Shown: piece by piece, positions 13,031 to 24,470 of the stretch
Numbering within the stretch: the first letter of the stretch is position 1
Layout of the letters: the number at the start of each line of letters is the position of its first letter
Program-made: the position numbers and the translations under genes
Origin: Camelus dromedarius
Taxonomy: Eukaryota
Reading direction: 5' to 3'
NCBI RefSeq assembly: GCF_036321535.1
Contig: NC_087437.1
Span: forward strand, 87,484,001 to 87,548,000
Length of the DNA: 64,000 nucleotides
Notes under the pieces: generated by a model
What the model was told of the DNA's origin: nothing
Database searches by the model: none
What the model saw: the letters and a program-made list of their open reading frames with translations, nothing else

Positions 13031-15354
13031 TATAATTTTTACAATAGCAATATTGTTTTTTTAAAGCTTTAAAAGACTTTTGTTGTTTAAAGTATTGTGT
13101 TCTGTGTTCCTGAGATAAGAATTGAAACAAAATGCAGTATAAGATCTAAAGATAAAATTATTAATACTATTTTAATTTTTATAATTCACCTGCTTTTTTT
13201 TCTATCTTTTTCTGAACTTTTCTTTGTCTGAAAATAATATTGTCTATTCTCTCTTGCTTTTTCCTTCTCCTCTGCTTCCTGTCCATGTTACTCTCAACAA
13301 TAGTGAAGGAAGCGGGAAACTCTAATTCATGCATTTCAAGTAGCATCTGTAAGTATAAAAGTTTATAACAACCAAGGCCACATGAATTATGTACTCCCTA
13401 AGCCAAATTAAATGGAAAAATTGGCTAAGTGTAAAGGGTCAGAGCTAATAAACTGTGTTCTATCCCTAAAGAAAATTAAATTTTAATGATCCTGAGAGCT
13501 CATTGTTCAGGAATGTCACTCTAACTAATCATGTAAACGACAGTTAAACTCCGGAACTGCGCTGAAAGTTAAGCATCCTGTGCAGTTGCTATTTAAGTCC
13601 AGAGTGTACTAGTCACTTCAGGCAAGCTCTCAGGAAAATCAGAATATCTACAGGTTATACCAAGGTGCAAGAGGAAGCCTTGAGAGCTGCAAAATCAGTC
13701 ACTGCTGAATGCCTTACTCTGAGTCACATCATTGTAAAACATTACATTAGAAAGTATGTTAGACAGTTCATAATTTATATTGTCGGTCCCTAGTTGGACG
13801 TTTCAGGCAACACCCTTCTCACTGGGGAAAACTGTATCAAAGACTTCAGATACTGGTTCAGAGGCAGACTTACAGAGCTCTCATTTTAACTTTGGTTTTG
13901 AGACAGAGCATCTGAATAAGAGAGGGAGACTTAGAGAAAGGGAGAGTCATCATCAGGTGATCTCTGGGACGGAACTCCTAGAAGGTTCCCAGACTTCCCA
14001 GCCTGGGCGCTGCCGCGGGGTCCATCGGCTCTCAGTACGTCAGCACTCTAGACAGCTCTGGATTTTTCTGGTTGACAGTGGAAAGTAGTGAGTGAAAAAG
14101 AGATAGTCCAGGAATTGGTTATTGCTGTTCTTTAATAAATCTTTTGACAAACTTAGATAAAGTTTATTTTTGGTGTTGTGAGTTAATGTGTTTAAGAGAG
14201 GGGGAACAGATATGAGATGGCATATATTATCACTGAACTTTATAAGGAGAATTAATAGAAAAGAAGAAAGATAATTGGTCAATAAAAAAACAAACGTGTT
14301 TATGGCAAGAATGCATAAAAAAGCTTGAGATGACAACAAATCTAATAAAATCATTTTATGTGATGAAAATTATGTGAATTTATATTGATATACCTGTCTA
14401 AATAAAAAGTTTCATGATGTTATAAAATAAAAATAAAAATGAGGGAAACATTTGAAAATTTAATTAGTAATATGGACACTCTTTGCCTTGGAATTGTTGA
14501 CTATTTCAGAGTTGAGTGCTAATAAGGAAAGATATTTTTTAAATACAAAAATAAGAAGCACTATACACATGAACTGAATTGTTATTAACAGATGATTGGA
14601 GGCATTGAACTTGGAAGAAGGAAAACTCTATGGCGAGGTAGGGAAAGGCTGTGTTGGAGGCTGTCAATGCTTAACTGTCCTGTTCGCAGCGGCAAGTTAG
14701 TAGATGTATTCAGCACAGAGTCCTTGCCTTAGCCGTAATTTTAGATTGCTTTTTGTATCACAAAAAACTCCAGAAAAAAAGAACTAGACAACAAAATAAC
14801 AAATTGGAGTCCTTAAATAATTAGGACATCTAAAAATATATACCAAATGGCTGCATGAGTAAAATAGGAGCATCGTATGCTCTTCAACTAAATGCAAATA
14901 TTGTTTGACTAAGGCTGCGTTGTTCCTCAGCAAACCTTATATCTGGCAGAAAAGAATTTATAAAAAGTTAATTATAGTTATGGAGAAATTTTTCAATTTC
15001 CAGGAGAGTTGATTTTTTTTCTAAATTTTACCTTTCTTTTCAATTGACTGTATAGGGAGTATTTACCCTCTGCATCCATAACTCTGTAATGTAGTGTTTG
15101 ATCATTTTTATAGAAATAATTTTACCATATACACTCAAGGGGTGAGAAAGAAGACTTTCTAAGTTTCTTAGCTCCTAATAGAAAAGCAAGTAGAGAGAGG
15201 ACGTTCTCAGTGTAATGTATGAATCTTTTTTATAAATAAGTAAGACTATAACTATATTCTTTTCAGTAATTTCTACTTGGGGTTGGGGTTGGAGTAGAAA
15301 TGGGCAGATAATATTCACATTTTGATTTAAGAGAACAAAACTTGCCTTTCAAAG

Positions 15355-15590
15355 CATAGTGGTCAGATCCCTGAGCTCCATACTGGGTTCAGTACAGGCT
15401 GCATTGGGTTCAAACTCTGGCTCTTCCTGACAAGTTATCTGGGTATCTTAGGCAGGTTATTTTACCTGTCTCTGCAAAGACACCTCGTTTTCATTTGGGG
15501 ATAATAGTAGGACCCATCTCCTAAAATTGCAATGGGCATTGAATGAGTTAATATTTCTTAAGTCCTTAGCTCAGTTCCTGGCACACCTGC
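15355..15590 (+). mobile_element. MIR SINE, near full length
   Basis: 'gggttcaaactctggctct…ttaggcaggttattttacctgtctctg…ggggataatagta…aatgagttaat…cctggcaca'. Confidence 0.8.
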
Positions 15591-17159
15591 TATATTACTA
15601 TTTGTTGTTACTGTTTTGTTTTAACCCACCTTTTTCTTTTTGATTCTTTTCTATTTAACCAGATACTTACCTAGCTAAACTATATGGCTAAGAAAGCACA
15701 CCTCAGCTTCACTTTTCACATGCAGCTCTCCAACTATAACTCGAAAACTCATACCTAGGAAAATAATCTCATTCAATTAACCAAAGTGGAATATTAGATA
15801 CACTACATGCTTGCAAGCCTGCTGAAGTAGCCCAGCTGTATGGGACTCCAGAACACTTAGCTATTTACTTCTTTTCTTTAAAACCATTGACATTTGCAGC
15901 GTTGAAAGTCACTCTTGATCAGCAACCTAAATGTAGTGAATGCCTATAATGATACTTCCTGCTATTAATGTACATTTTTTATCCAGGTCCCAAATTTGTT
16001 CACTTTTTAAAATTTTATTTTATTTTTATTGATGTGTAGTAAATCACTGTTTTGTTTTAACAGCTTCTTGAAATAGGTGATATCAGTAGAATAAAAAAAA
16101 TCGCTGAAACTAGAATATTCCCTCTAAAGTCATAATTTGATTTAATATGATGCTTTTGCCAAACGTCTCTAAATAAGTAGTGTTTATGTTGCAATTTACT
16201 TTACCTCAGTGTTTTGCAATGAAACAGTGATCAACTGATCACAAACAATGTAAAATTACTTTCATTCTGGTTTTTCAAGGCCATCGTAGAGGACATATTT
16301 TATTTGCTCATGTGGTTTTCTTGTTTTCAATACTGATAGGCAATTATAATAACTAAGATCTAAACTCATTTATCTGGCAAAGCATGGCACACAGTGGAAA
16401 CACAGTTCTAAATATCAAGTCTTCTTTCTGAGGTGCACTAAATTTAGAGCACTTTTTTTTCTTTTTTAAAGTAATACTTGGGTGCCCAAATCATTTGAAT
16501 GTTCTTTTAGACCCAAAGAAGCAGCATTGTTTAGTAAATGAATGGGGAAACATTTGCCTTTACAGTCAAATCGATGCCTCATCTTAAATTCATCCTGTTT
16601 TCAGGAAGTTTATTGGACCTCCTTATTCCCTCTCATTAAGAGTAATAGATTTCACCATGCCCATCTGTGAAAGGCAGTCTTCAGTTTTACAGCCTTGCTC
16701 GAGCCATTAACCACTATCATCTGTCAGTTACTCTTTTTCAGAAGATTTCAGAAAACCAGTTTCCTGATATTTCTCTTCTTCAACTTGATTTTCTTTAGGA
16801 TTTTCTGCTTGTGTAACTTAAAAGTATGAATGTAGAAAAATGAAGGAGATAAATCCTTGAGAAAGAGTAGACAATATAAGAGAATAGGGTCATGATGACA
16901 GAAAATGTTAGTACAAAAAAAAATAGAGGGTTTTTTTTGTTTGGTTTTTTGTTTTTTAATTAATAACATGAAAAAATTCAGGAGGTAGTAATTTATGAGT
17001 GGCTGAATCCAGGGGCACAAATACTCTGTCCAGTGCTCAGTTTAATCTCTCAGCTCTAGATTTCCCTATGATACTTTGACTCATAGGTCAGCTTGAAAAC
17101 CTATTGCATTAGATTATCCTTTCAGGCTTGATACATTTAGTCCTCCTTTGATTACAGCT

Positions 17160-17816
17160 GAGTCCCTTTCCAGGAGTTGTACGCAGCTGAGGAGATTCTC
17201 CTTTTCAAGGACACCGCCTCTCTTCAGAAGCAGCCTGCAGCCAATTACTGCTCAGCAGGGAGTATAGTGGCCCTGCCTCCTTGCCTCAAGTGGCCATTTC
17301 TAAAGAGCCACCAAGTTCCAGAGCTCTGGAGGGTCAGATGTGGCCCTTGTGACTCATCACAACTCAGTCCTCTCTCTGCCTAATTCTGTTTGCTTTACTT
17401 TGCTGTGGTCTGAATGTTTGTGTTCTATCCAAATTCATGTCCTGAAATCCTAACTCCCAAGACGATGGTATTAGGAGGTAAGGCTTTGGAGATGATTAGA
17501 TCATGAAGGTGGAGCCCTCATGAATGGGATTAGTGTCCTTACGAAAGAGGCTCCGTTACACATGTAAGAACACAGCAGAAACACACCATCTATAAACCAG
17601 GAAACAGGCTCTCAGCAGACATCAAATTGTAAGCACCTCGATCTTGGATTTCCCAACCTCCAGAACTGTGAGAATAAATTTCTGTTGTTTATAAGTCACC
17701 CAGTTTATGAATCTTATGGTCATAGAAGCCTGATCAAACTAAGACACTTCCTTTTCTTAACCGACCTAGGTATTCTCCCCAATAAACTTCGTTTCCTGCG
17801 TAACCCAACCTGGGAC
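17160..17816 (+). mobile_element. ERVL LTR (LTR16-like), interrupted by MLT1A
   Basis: 'cagcctgcagccaattact…ccttgcctcaag…ttccagagctc' on the left; 'ccccaataaactt…aacccaacctgggaca' terminus on the right. Confidence 0.6.
17401..17746 (+). mobile_element. MaLR solo LTR (MLT1A-like), complete
   Basis: TG…CA ends ('tgctgtggtctgaatgtttgtg' to 'aaactaagaca'); internal 'ggagccctcatgaatgggattagtg' and 'cctccagaactgtgagaataaatttctgttgtttataag'. Confidence 0.9.
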
Positions 17817-18227
17817 ACAGTTCTAGATTTTTATCTTGCTACCTTTAATTTCAGCAGTATACTTACTTCCCTGTCATATTACTTCAAATAAAGCCCAGGA
17901 ACTGATACCCATTATCCTGACTTGGTGCACATGCCCATTGTGAAGCCAGTCATTTTGGACAGCAAAATGACAGGGCCAGCAAACCGTGTATTATCTTCTA
18001 GAGCTATTGGGGGATAGGGGATAATTGGACAAGCCCATCCAAAGGCAAGAACTGAGAGGGAGGGAACAATCACTCCCCAGAGAAAAACGGAAGTCAGTTA
18101 CCAGAAGGTAAAATGGATGGTGCAGAAGAAAAAGATAATATATATACCCTACTAAGGAGGAGTTATGTACATTTTTTAGATTTCCAATTTAAGTATGTTT
18201 TGTTATTTTATTTTAAAATGAGATAAA

Positions 18228-18420
18228 AATAATAAGCACTAACATTTATTGAGTCTTAACCAAGCTCTAATTATTGTGCTATGTAGTTTAATTTTATTAG
18301 CACATTTTATTTTCATAATGATTCTATAAGCCAGGGACTAAAATTTCCTGTTACAGATAAATAAACTGAGGCTCAGTGAGGTTAAATAATTTGCCAGGAT
18401 TGCATAATTAGTATTTAATA
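18228..18420 (-). mobile_element. MIR SINE
   Basis: 'aacatttattgag…ttacagataaataaactgaggctcagtgaggttaaataatttgcc'. Confidence 0.8.
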
Positions 18421-18497
18421 GTCCTTCATTATTCCTTCCTTGTCTCTGTCACAGTTTCATAACTAAAGTAACTTTCTTCATAAACATATACGAGTTT

Positions 18498-18810
18498 CTG
18501 TGGTGGATTGAATTAACTTGCTGAATATTCAAGTCCCCTAGTTTAATATGCTTCTTAGTGAAACTTTATATATTTGCATCCCACTGAACTCAGGAGTGTA
18601 CTTTATCCACTGAAATTTGAGTGTCACTTCTAGAAAGGAGTTCTAAGATCAAGCACATGGCTTGCTAAGTATTTTTTTTTAAATCTGTTTGCTACAATAC
18701 TACCAATATCCCAGATAGAGACTGTTCCATTAGCCTGTATTCCAGAATGAGGGCACCATATAGTGGAGCTAGAAATAGATATTTGATATTATCAAGAAAT
18801 AAACATTTAT
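18498..18810 (+). mobile_element. MaLR LTR (MLT1I/J-like)
   Basis: Starts 'tgtggtggattg'; contains 'gtgtcacttctag' and 'ctgttccattagcctg'; ends near 'caagaaataaac'. Confidence 0.55.
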
Positions 18811-19959
18811 TCATAGAGTTGTGCAATCACACAGTTAGTAACAAATATGATGCATTTTTCTGGAAAGACTCCCCTGCATAACTTCTTTGTGAACTTCTGA
18901 CAAGTGGTAACTGGTCAGATATTGAGAAACATGACCCAAAACAGGCAAATGTCACAATGTTTCAGATCGTAAATTTATATAACTATTTGATAATAAATTG
19001 CACATTGATAAAAATGTTTTATTGACACTTTAAAAAGCAAGATATGAGCATTATGAACCAGAATAGAACTAAGAACACATGGTTCTAAAATAAATTTATT
19101 TTCTTTTAATTCATATTACTAGGCTGATTGATAAAAGTAACAAAATGTGCATAACGCATTTGAATTTTGCATCAGTATTACACAAATGCATGGACTTCCT
19201 TTTTCTAACTGCAAAGAACTCTAATACCTGTTTTCATTTTGTTAAACAGTATTATCCCTGTTACAGTTGGGTAAATTGAAGCTCAGAGACATCAAATAAG
19301 TTTCCCAATATGACACAGTAGATGAATTTGGTTTGAAACCAAGATGACAAGATGAAAAACTAAATGCATTTAGTATACTGTAGTTAAGCAAATCCATAGA
19401 TGACAGAAAACTTTATCCCCAAATTATTGATTAAGCTGACTCTAAATTTGTTCAATCTGAGAACATGATCTCTTTAACAAAGCAAAGAATTATCTCAAAT
19501 TCCACTTCAGTGTGTATTATCTGCGATATGCTTTATGATTTAGAAATAGAAATTGAGTTTTCTCTACATAGATTGCAATATTTTTATTTATAGAAAATTT
19601 GACTAATCCCTCCCCAAGAAAACAGGATATGCTTTTTTTAAAAGTTATACATTCCAGAGTTAAGTCAGTTAACTATTTTTGTGCTAATTTATCACGCCAC
19701 CTAGATCATTTGTTGTCACCAACAAAGATGGGAATTTTTGATTCTCTCTAAAACTTTCTCCATATTAGGGACAGAAAATGACATACTTTTTAAACAAAAA
19801 TTCCCTGTCGAATCTCATTATACTGATATTTCAGACGTGGAAGCTGTCTGGGTTCTCTCCTTCATTTCTGTTCACTCCATCAGATGTATTGTCCTATACC
19901 TGGGCAATAGTTCCTTAACAATAACTCTTAAGTCTGACCGTTTCTTTCTGTGAGTCTCT

Positions 19960-20260
19960 GCTTATACCAGGATAAAGCAAACTGGCTGGAGCAAATAACC
20001 CAACATTTGTAGTTTAATACAATAAAAGTTTATTTCTTGATCACGTCTCAGTTTGATGAAGATGGTATGGCTATCCTGGGAAGTTCTCCGTTAGGGATAC
20101 ATATAAGGAATAAGACATATCAGTTTATGCCTGTTTTATCTAGACCGTTTCAAAAATTGCTCCTTTGATGGGAGTGAGAAAAAGTCCATGACTAAGCGAA
20201 ACATTTTATATTCAGGGCCGGAAGATCATGTCTTCATAATTCCAAATATTCCACTGCCCA
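19960..20260 (-). mobile_element. Old MaLR LTR fragment (MLT1J/K-like)
   Basis: 'caaataacccaacatttgtagtttaatacaataaaagtttatttctt' is a typical antisense MLT1 end. Confidence 0.5.
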
Positions 20261-21130
20261 GAAATCTGGGCAAGAGTCCAAGAATAATTGATATTTGGAA
20301 AGAAATTATATTTGATTTGTTTCCAATAAGCACAGATAAACAAAGCAAGTTTGCTGAACCCATGAAGTTACCTTGCTCCTAGATATAGTTACTACTTCTT
20401 AGATTACTATGTTGTTATTGTTGCTGATTTTATTTTTTCAGTGGATCATCTAATTTTACAGAGATGTTCCATAATCATTTATGTCCCCATTCAAACTTTT
20501 TTCTGGTCACCTATTACCTATTTATAGAATACATATAATAAAGTATATTATATTGCCTTACTTTAATTATATCCCACTAACAGACAACTGAATCTAATGT
20601 ATATGGAAATGACTTAACTATCATTGTAGTTAAAATTACAGGAATATATAGGGGGCAGTAGTTGAAAAATGACAGCAAATTCTGTGTATATATATAAAAC
20701 TATAAATATATACGTATATACATATATATATATAATAACTAATAATTGTTTCAGGAATAAGTGTGCCCACACCAAAGTTGGTATTCAGAAAGAGATCAAC
20801 ATTAAGACTATCCGAATATCACAAATGCTCATTTTGAACTTTTTGAGTGTTTTCACACTGAGGAGACACTCCAGGCAAACAGGCAAAATAGAATGTTGCC
20901 TATATAATTTGATTTAAGATGTAAATTAGCTCCTCTATCTACCTAAAATATCTTTTTATCTAAAATGACTATTTCTTACCACTAAAATCCTTATGTTGAA
21001 ATAAGACTGGTAATGTGTGTGTCAAAGACTGCATTAGTACTCACCTTTATTTTTTCTCTACACATTTTCCCTTTCCTATAAAAAGATGTGTATACCACAT
21101 GCACACAGCAAAATCTCCAGTATGTTAATA

Positions 21131-21600
21131 TGTTAGCCATTGGTTGCTGAGAAAACAGAGGCCAAGGCAAAGATCACATATTAATGCTTTATTGGGCAGG
21201 GGATGAGGGGGGTAAAAATTACAGATAATGGAAGTGAGATAGGAGTGAAGGAAAATCCAAATACAAAATGCTGCATTACTGAAAAATACAGCTGGCTATT
21301 CAGTCAATGAGGACGTCTCCCAAGAGGACACAAGGGAACTCCTGCCTCCAGAAAGTGTCCATTCATAAAGTGGAAAAATTGATCTGCTGACTACCTCTCT
21401 ATTGTCCCTCATTGGGTAAAATTTTGCCACATTTCTGAGTTGTGTTATTGCTAAGGTGGCCTGAGCCAGCATGTGTCCAGCAGGTGCAGACTCTGCAGCC
21501 GCCATCAACCCACCATGGCAGGTGCAAAGGAGGACTGCCAACCTCCTACTTTGGGAAGGCAAATAGAAGGGATATACTGAGAGAGCAAGGTGACCGGTGG
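21131..21600 (-). mobile_element. ERVL LTR (LTR33/LTR16-like)
   Basis: 'ttggttgctgagaaaacagaggccaaggcaaagat…ctttattggg' resembles the antisense 3' end of these LTRs; explains the 21296-21697 ORF. Confidence 0.5.
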
Positions 21601-21609
21601 CAGCCACAG

Positions 21610-22154
21610 CTTTCCAACCATAAGAGTGGGGTTGGTATCTGAGGCCCCACTGATCAAAGAACTGTTGATGACAGCCATGGATGTCTCCCATTTCCACCTA
21701 GGTTGGGCCTTTGGTGTAAAGGCACATTTGAGTCATAATAATGCCTTGGAACCTAATGTCTCTCTAACGATACAGATACTCGGATATCTTAGGATGGTAA
21801 GCCACCTGGCCTACCCCAGAAACATTTTGTTACATTCCAAGGCATGGGTAATTGATTTGTCTGGAGAGGAGGATGGGCAGATGTGGTAGCACGTATAAAA
21901 CCTTCCCATCTTCTAACTGTGGGGTTCCTTTCCTGTGGTGCAAGCTCCTGCACATGAAGCTAAACACCTGGCCTCCCTGGATTGCCCTGTGGGGATGAGG
22001 GCAGGATGCCGTTGCTCTGGCTGCTGCCTTTTGCTGTAACACATTATCTGTGTCTCTGACCCAGGTTTGTGTGTTCTTTTGTCAGTGTGTGTATAAATCT
22101 GTAGCAGGCTTACTTATTAGTTTGCAAACAGAGTAAAAATCTTACAACCTTAAC
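21610..22154 (+). mobile_element. ERVL LTR (LTR40/LTR41-like)
   Basis: TATA-like 'gtataaaa' near 21893; 3' end 'gtctctgacccagg…ctgtagcaggcttacttattagtttgcaaacagagtaaaaatcttacaaccttaaca'. Confidence 0.6.
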
Positions 22155-23634
22155 AGTTCGTAACTCAGCAAGAACAAGAGAAGAGACCAAGGCCTTGAGG
22201 AATCAGGGTTGATGTATAAATCTTGACCAACACAGTTAACTATGGATGGGGTTGTGTTAATAAATAGTACATTATAATTAAAATTAAAAGTCTTGAATCT
22301 GTATACTAATTTTGTAATTTTATAATCATTTTATTTACTTGGATCTTTTTTCATGATTTTGTCTTCTGTTACTCCATTATAGATCTCACTTGTTCAACAC
22401 AATTTATTGAATGTTACCTTAAAGAACCATGCTGTACATAATGAGTTTTTAAAAATTGGAAAGGCAAAAATTGGTATGTATGATGTCATGGCATTGTTCT
22501 CTTTGTTCTATACAAGAACCATTGATTCTTAAGGCTCCCATAGTAGCACTGTTATTATCTGCATTTTAAGGAAGGAAAAACAGAGCTTCATAGGAATTAA
22601 GCATATTGTCCAGGGTCTCATAGTCAGTAAGGGATAATGCCTTAATCTGAACCCAATATTGCATAGTTGGAAAGCTACGTACTTTTTGTTATTTTAATTC
22701 TGTCACATGATCTTAAAATCTCAGCTAATGAGATTTCTACAAATATCTATAATACATTTAAACTCACAAAAGGTTATTTTGGGAAATTTCAGAATTTGTA
22801 CCTCTTCTTACTCCTAACACTCTCCACAGGCATCTCATCAACATGCATGGCTTCCTTTGTCATCCATCAGCCAATGGCTCCTAATGTGCACATCAATCCA
22901 AACCTCTCTTCTAAGTACATGTATTTAATCTGTTTAAAAGTCCCTAAAAAGGGCCTGTAATATTCTAAAGGATTGTGTATTGCCTACCTATTCCTAACTC
23001 CTCTCACAGTTTTCTCACCCTTGCTTTTCAAAATTCTGTAGGTCACCATGCCAGGAAATTAATCCATTCTGTAGATATCACCGACCCCTACACCCCCCAT
23101 ACACACACACACTGAGTACCCATACACATACCTTCAGATGGTTAAATCTTCTTCTCAGACCCCAATTCCAACATCACATTCTTATAGGCTCTCCTACTGA
23201 GCCATCTAAGACGAGACCAGATCCTCTTGTTACGGCAGCATAACCACATCAGTAATTTTTTGCAGAGTACTAGCTAGTTTATAACTGAGCATAACTGCTT
23301 CATAATTGTCATAATGGAATGTAAACGCAGGAGGGTGGATACAATTGGCTCATTAGTGTGTGCCTTACACTTACCACACACTTGACACTTACAATAGTAC
23401 TTGAATGAATGAATGATTAAAATAAGGGAAGAATTATACAAAATACAATAAAATTTCAAAGGTGAAAGAGATTTACTCACTCCTGACTTGGATGATTAGA
23501 AAAAGTTTTATGGAAAAGGTGACAATTGATACCATCTTGAAAAGATATTGAGAATTTTGGCAGAGATAGATGAAGTACATTCCAGTTTGATCAAAGTCTG
23601 GTTTAGCAAAAGCTAAAAGTACTGCAACAAAGCG

Positions 23635-23709
23635 ATTAGTTTAGGAGTTATAATCAAATGCACAGTATAGACATTAGTTTAGGAATTATAATCAAATGCA
23701 CAGTATAGA
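23635..23709. repeat. Tandem duplication, 38-bp period, two copies
   Basis: attagtttaggagttataatcaaatgcacagtataga at 23635 and attagtttaggaattataatcaaatgcacagtataga at 23673; one mismatch. Confidence 0.97.
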
Positions 23710-24139
23710 GTCCACTCCCTTTAGAGTAATATTGAAAAGCTAAGGAAGAGAAGAAAGCATAACCTTTTTTATCTAGCAATTGAACTGAAGATAATACTCA
23801 TTAACTTAAGATGAATGAATCTGCTAGTAATTTAGAGATAGCTCTTTATCAAACTAATATTCAAATGCTAGACAGTCATGAGCAAGAAAACAGAATATAT
23901 GTCTTGAAATAGATTCAGAGGTCATCTAGTACTATTCTTTAATTGGACACATGAGGATGAGAACTAGCTTGATAAAGAGATGTGCTAATTTGCAAAACAA
24001 ATGAGTGATAAAGTTGAGACTAGAATTCAGGTATCTTTGTCAGTTAATGCCATTGGAGAAAAATACTCTGCAAGAAAAACACTCATCAATAGTAAGTTCA
24101 TATCATTCTTAGCAATACTCATCAATAGAAAGAATTGCC

Positions 24140-24470
24140 TACTGCTATGTACAAGTCATGGATAAATCTCAGAACATTATGTTGAACAGCAGACCTCATA
24201 CAGATAAGTGTATATACTGCATCATTCCCTTTATAGAAAGTTCTAAAACTGCAAAAACAAATCTGTGATGGAAATGAAAATAGTTGTGTGCAGAGTTAGG
24301 ATAGAGGTACTTATTGGAGAGGGAAGTAGGGTAATATGTGGGGTAATGATATCTAACAGCTTGATTGAGGTAGTTGTTATGAGGATTTACACATTTATCA
24401 AAACTTGTGGAACTTATGTATTCAAATTTATGCTTTATAAGGTATGTAAAATTATAACTCAATAAAAATA
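24140..24470 (+). mobile_element. L1ME-type LINE-1 3' end
   Basis: 'catggataaatctcagaacattatgttgaac…atatactgcatcattccctttatagaaagttctaaaactgcaaaaacaaatct…tgtaaattataactcaataaaa'. Confidence 0.85.

Larger units (their letters stand above)
16960..18130 (-). mobile_element. Old MaLR LTR (MLT1K-like), split into about 16960-17150 and 17850-18130 by nested LTRs
   Basis: 'ggctgaatccaggggcacaaat…tctctcagctct' on the left and 'gacttggtgcacatgcccattgtgaagccagtca' on the right are both antisense MLT1K/J-like motifs. Confidence 0.45.

Noticed and set aside
21296..22042. Several overlapping ORFs
   Set aside because: All fall within ERVL-type LTR remnants; no recognisable domain.
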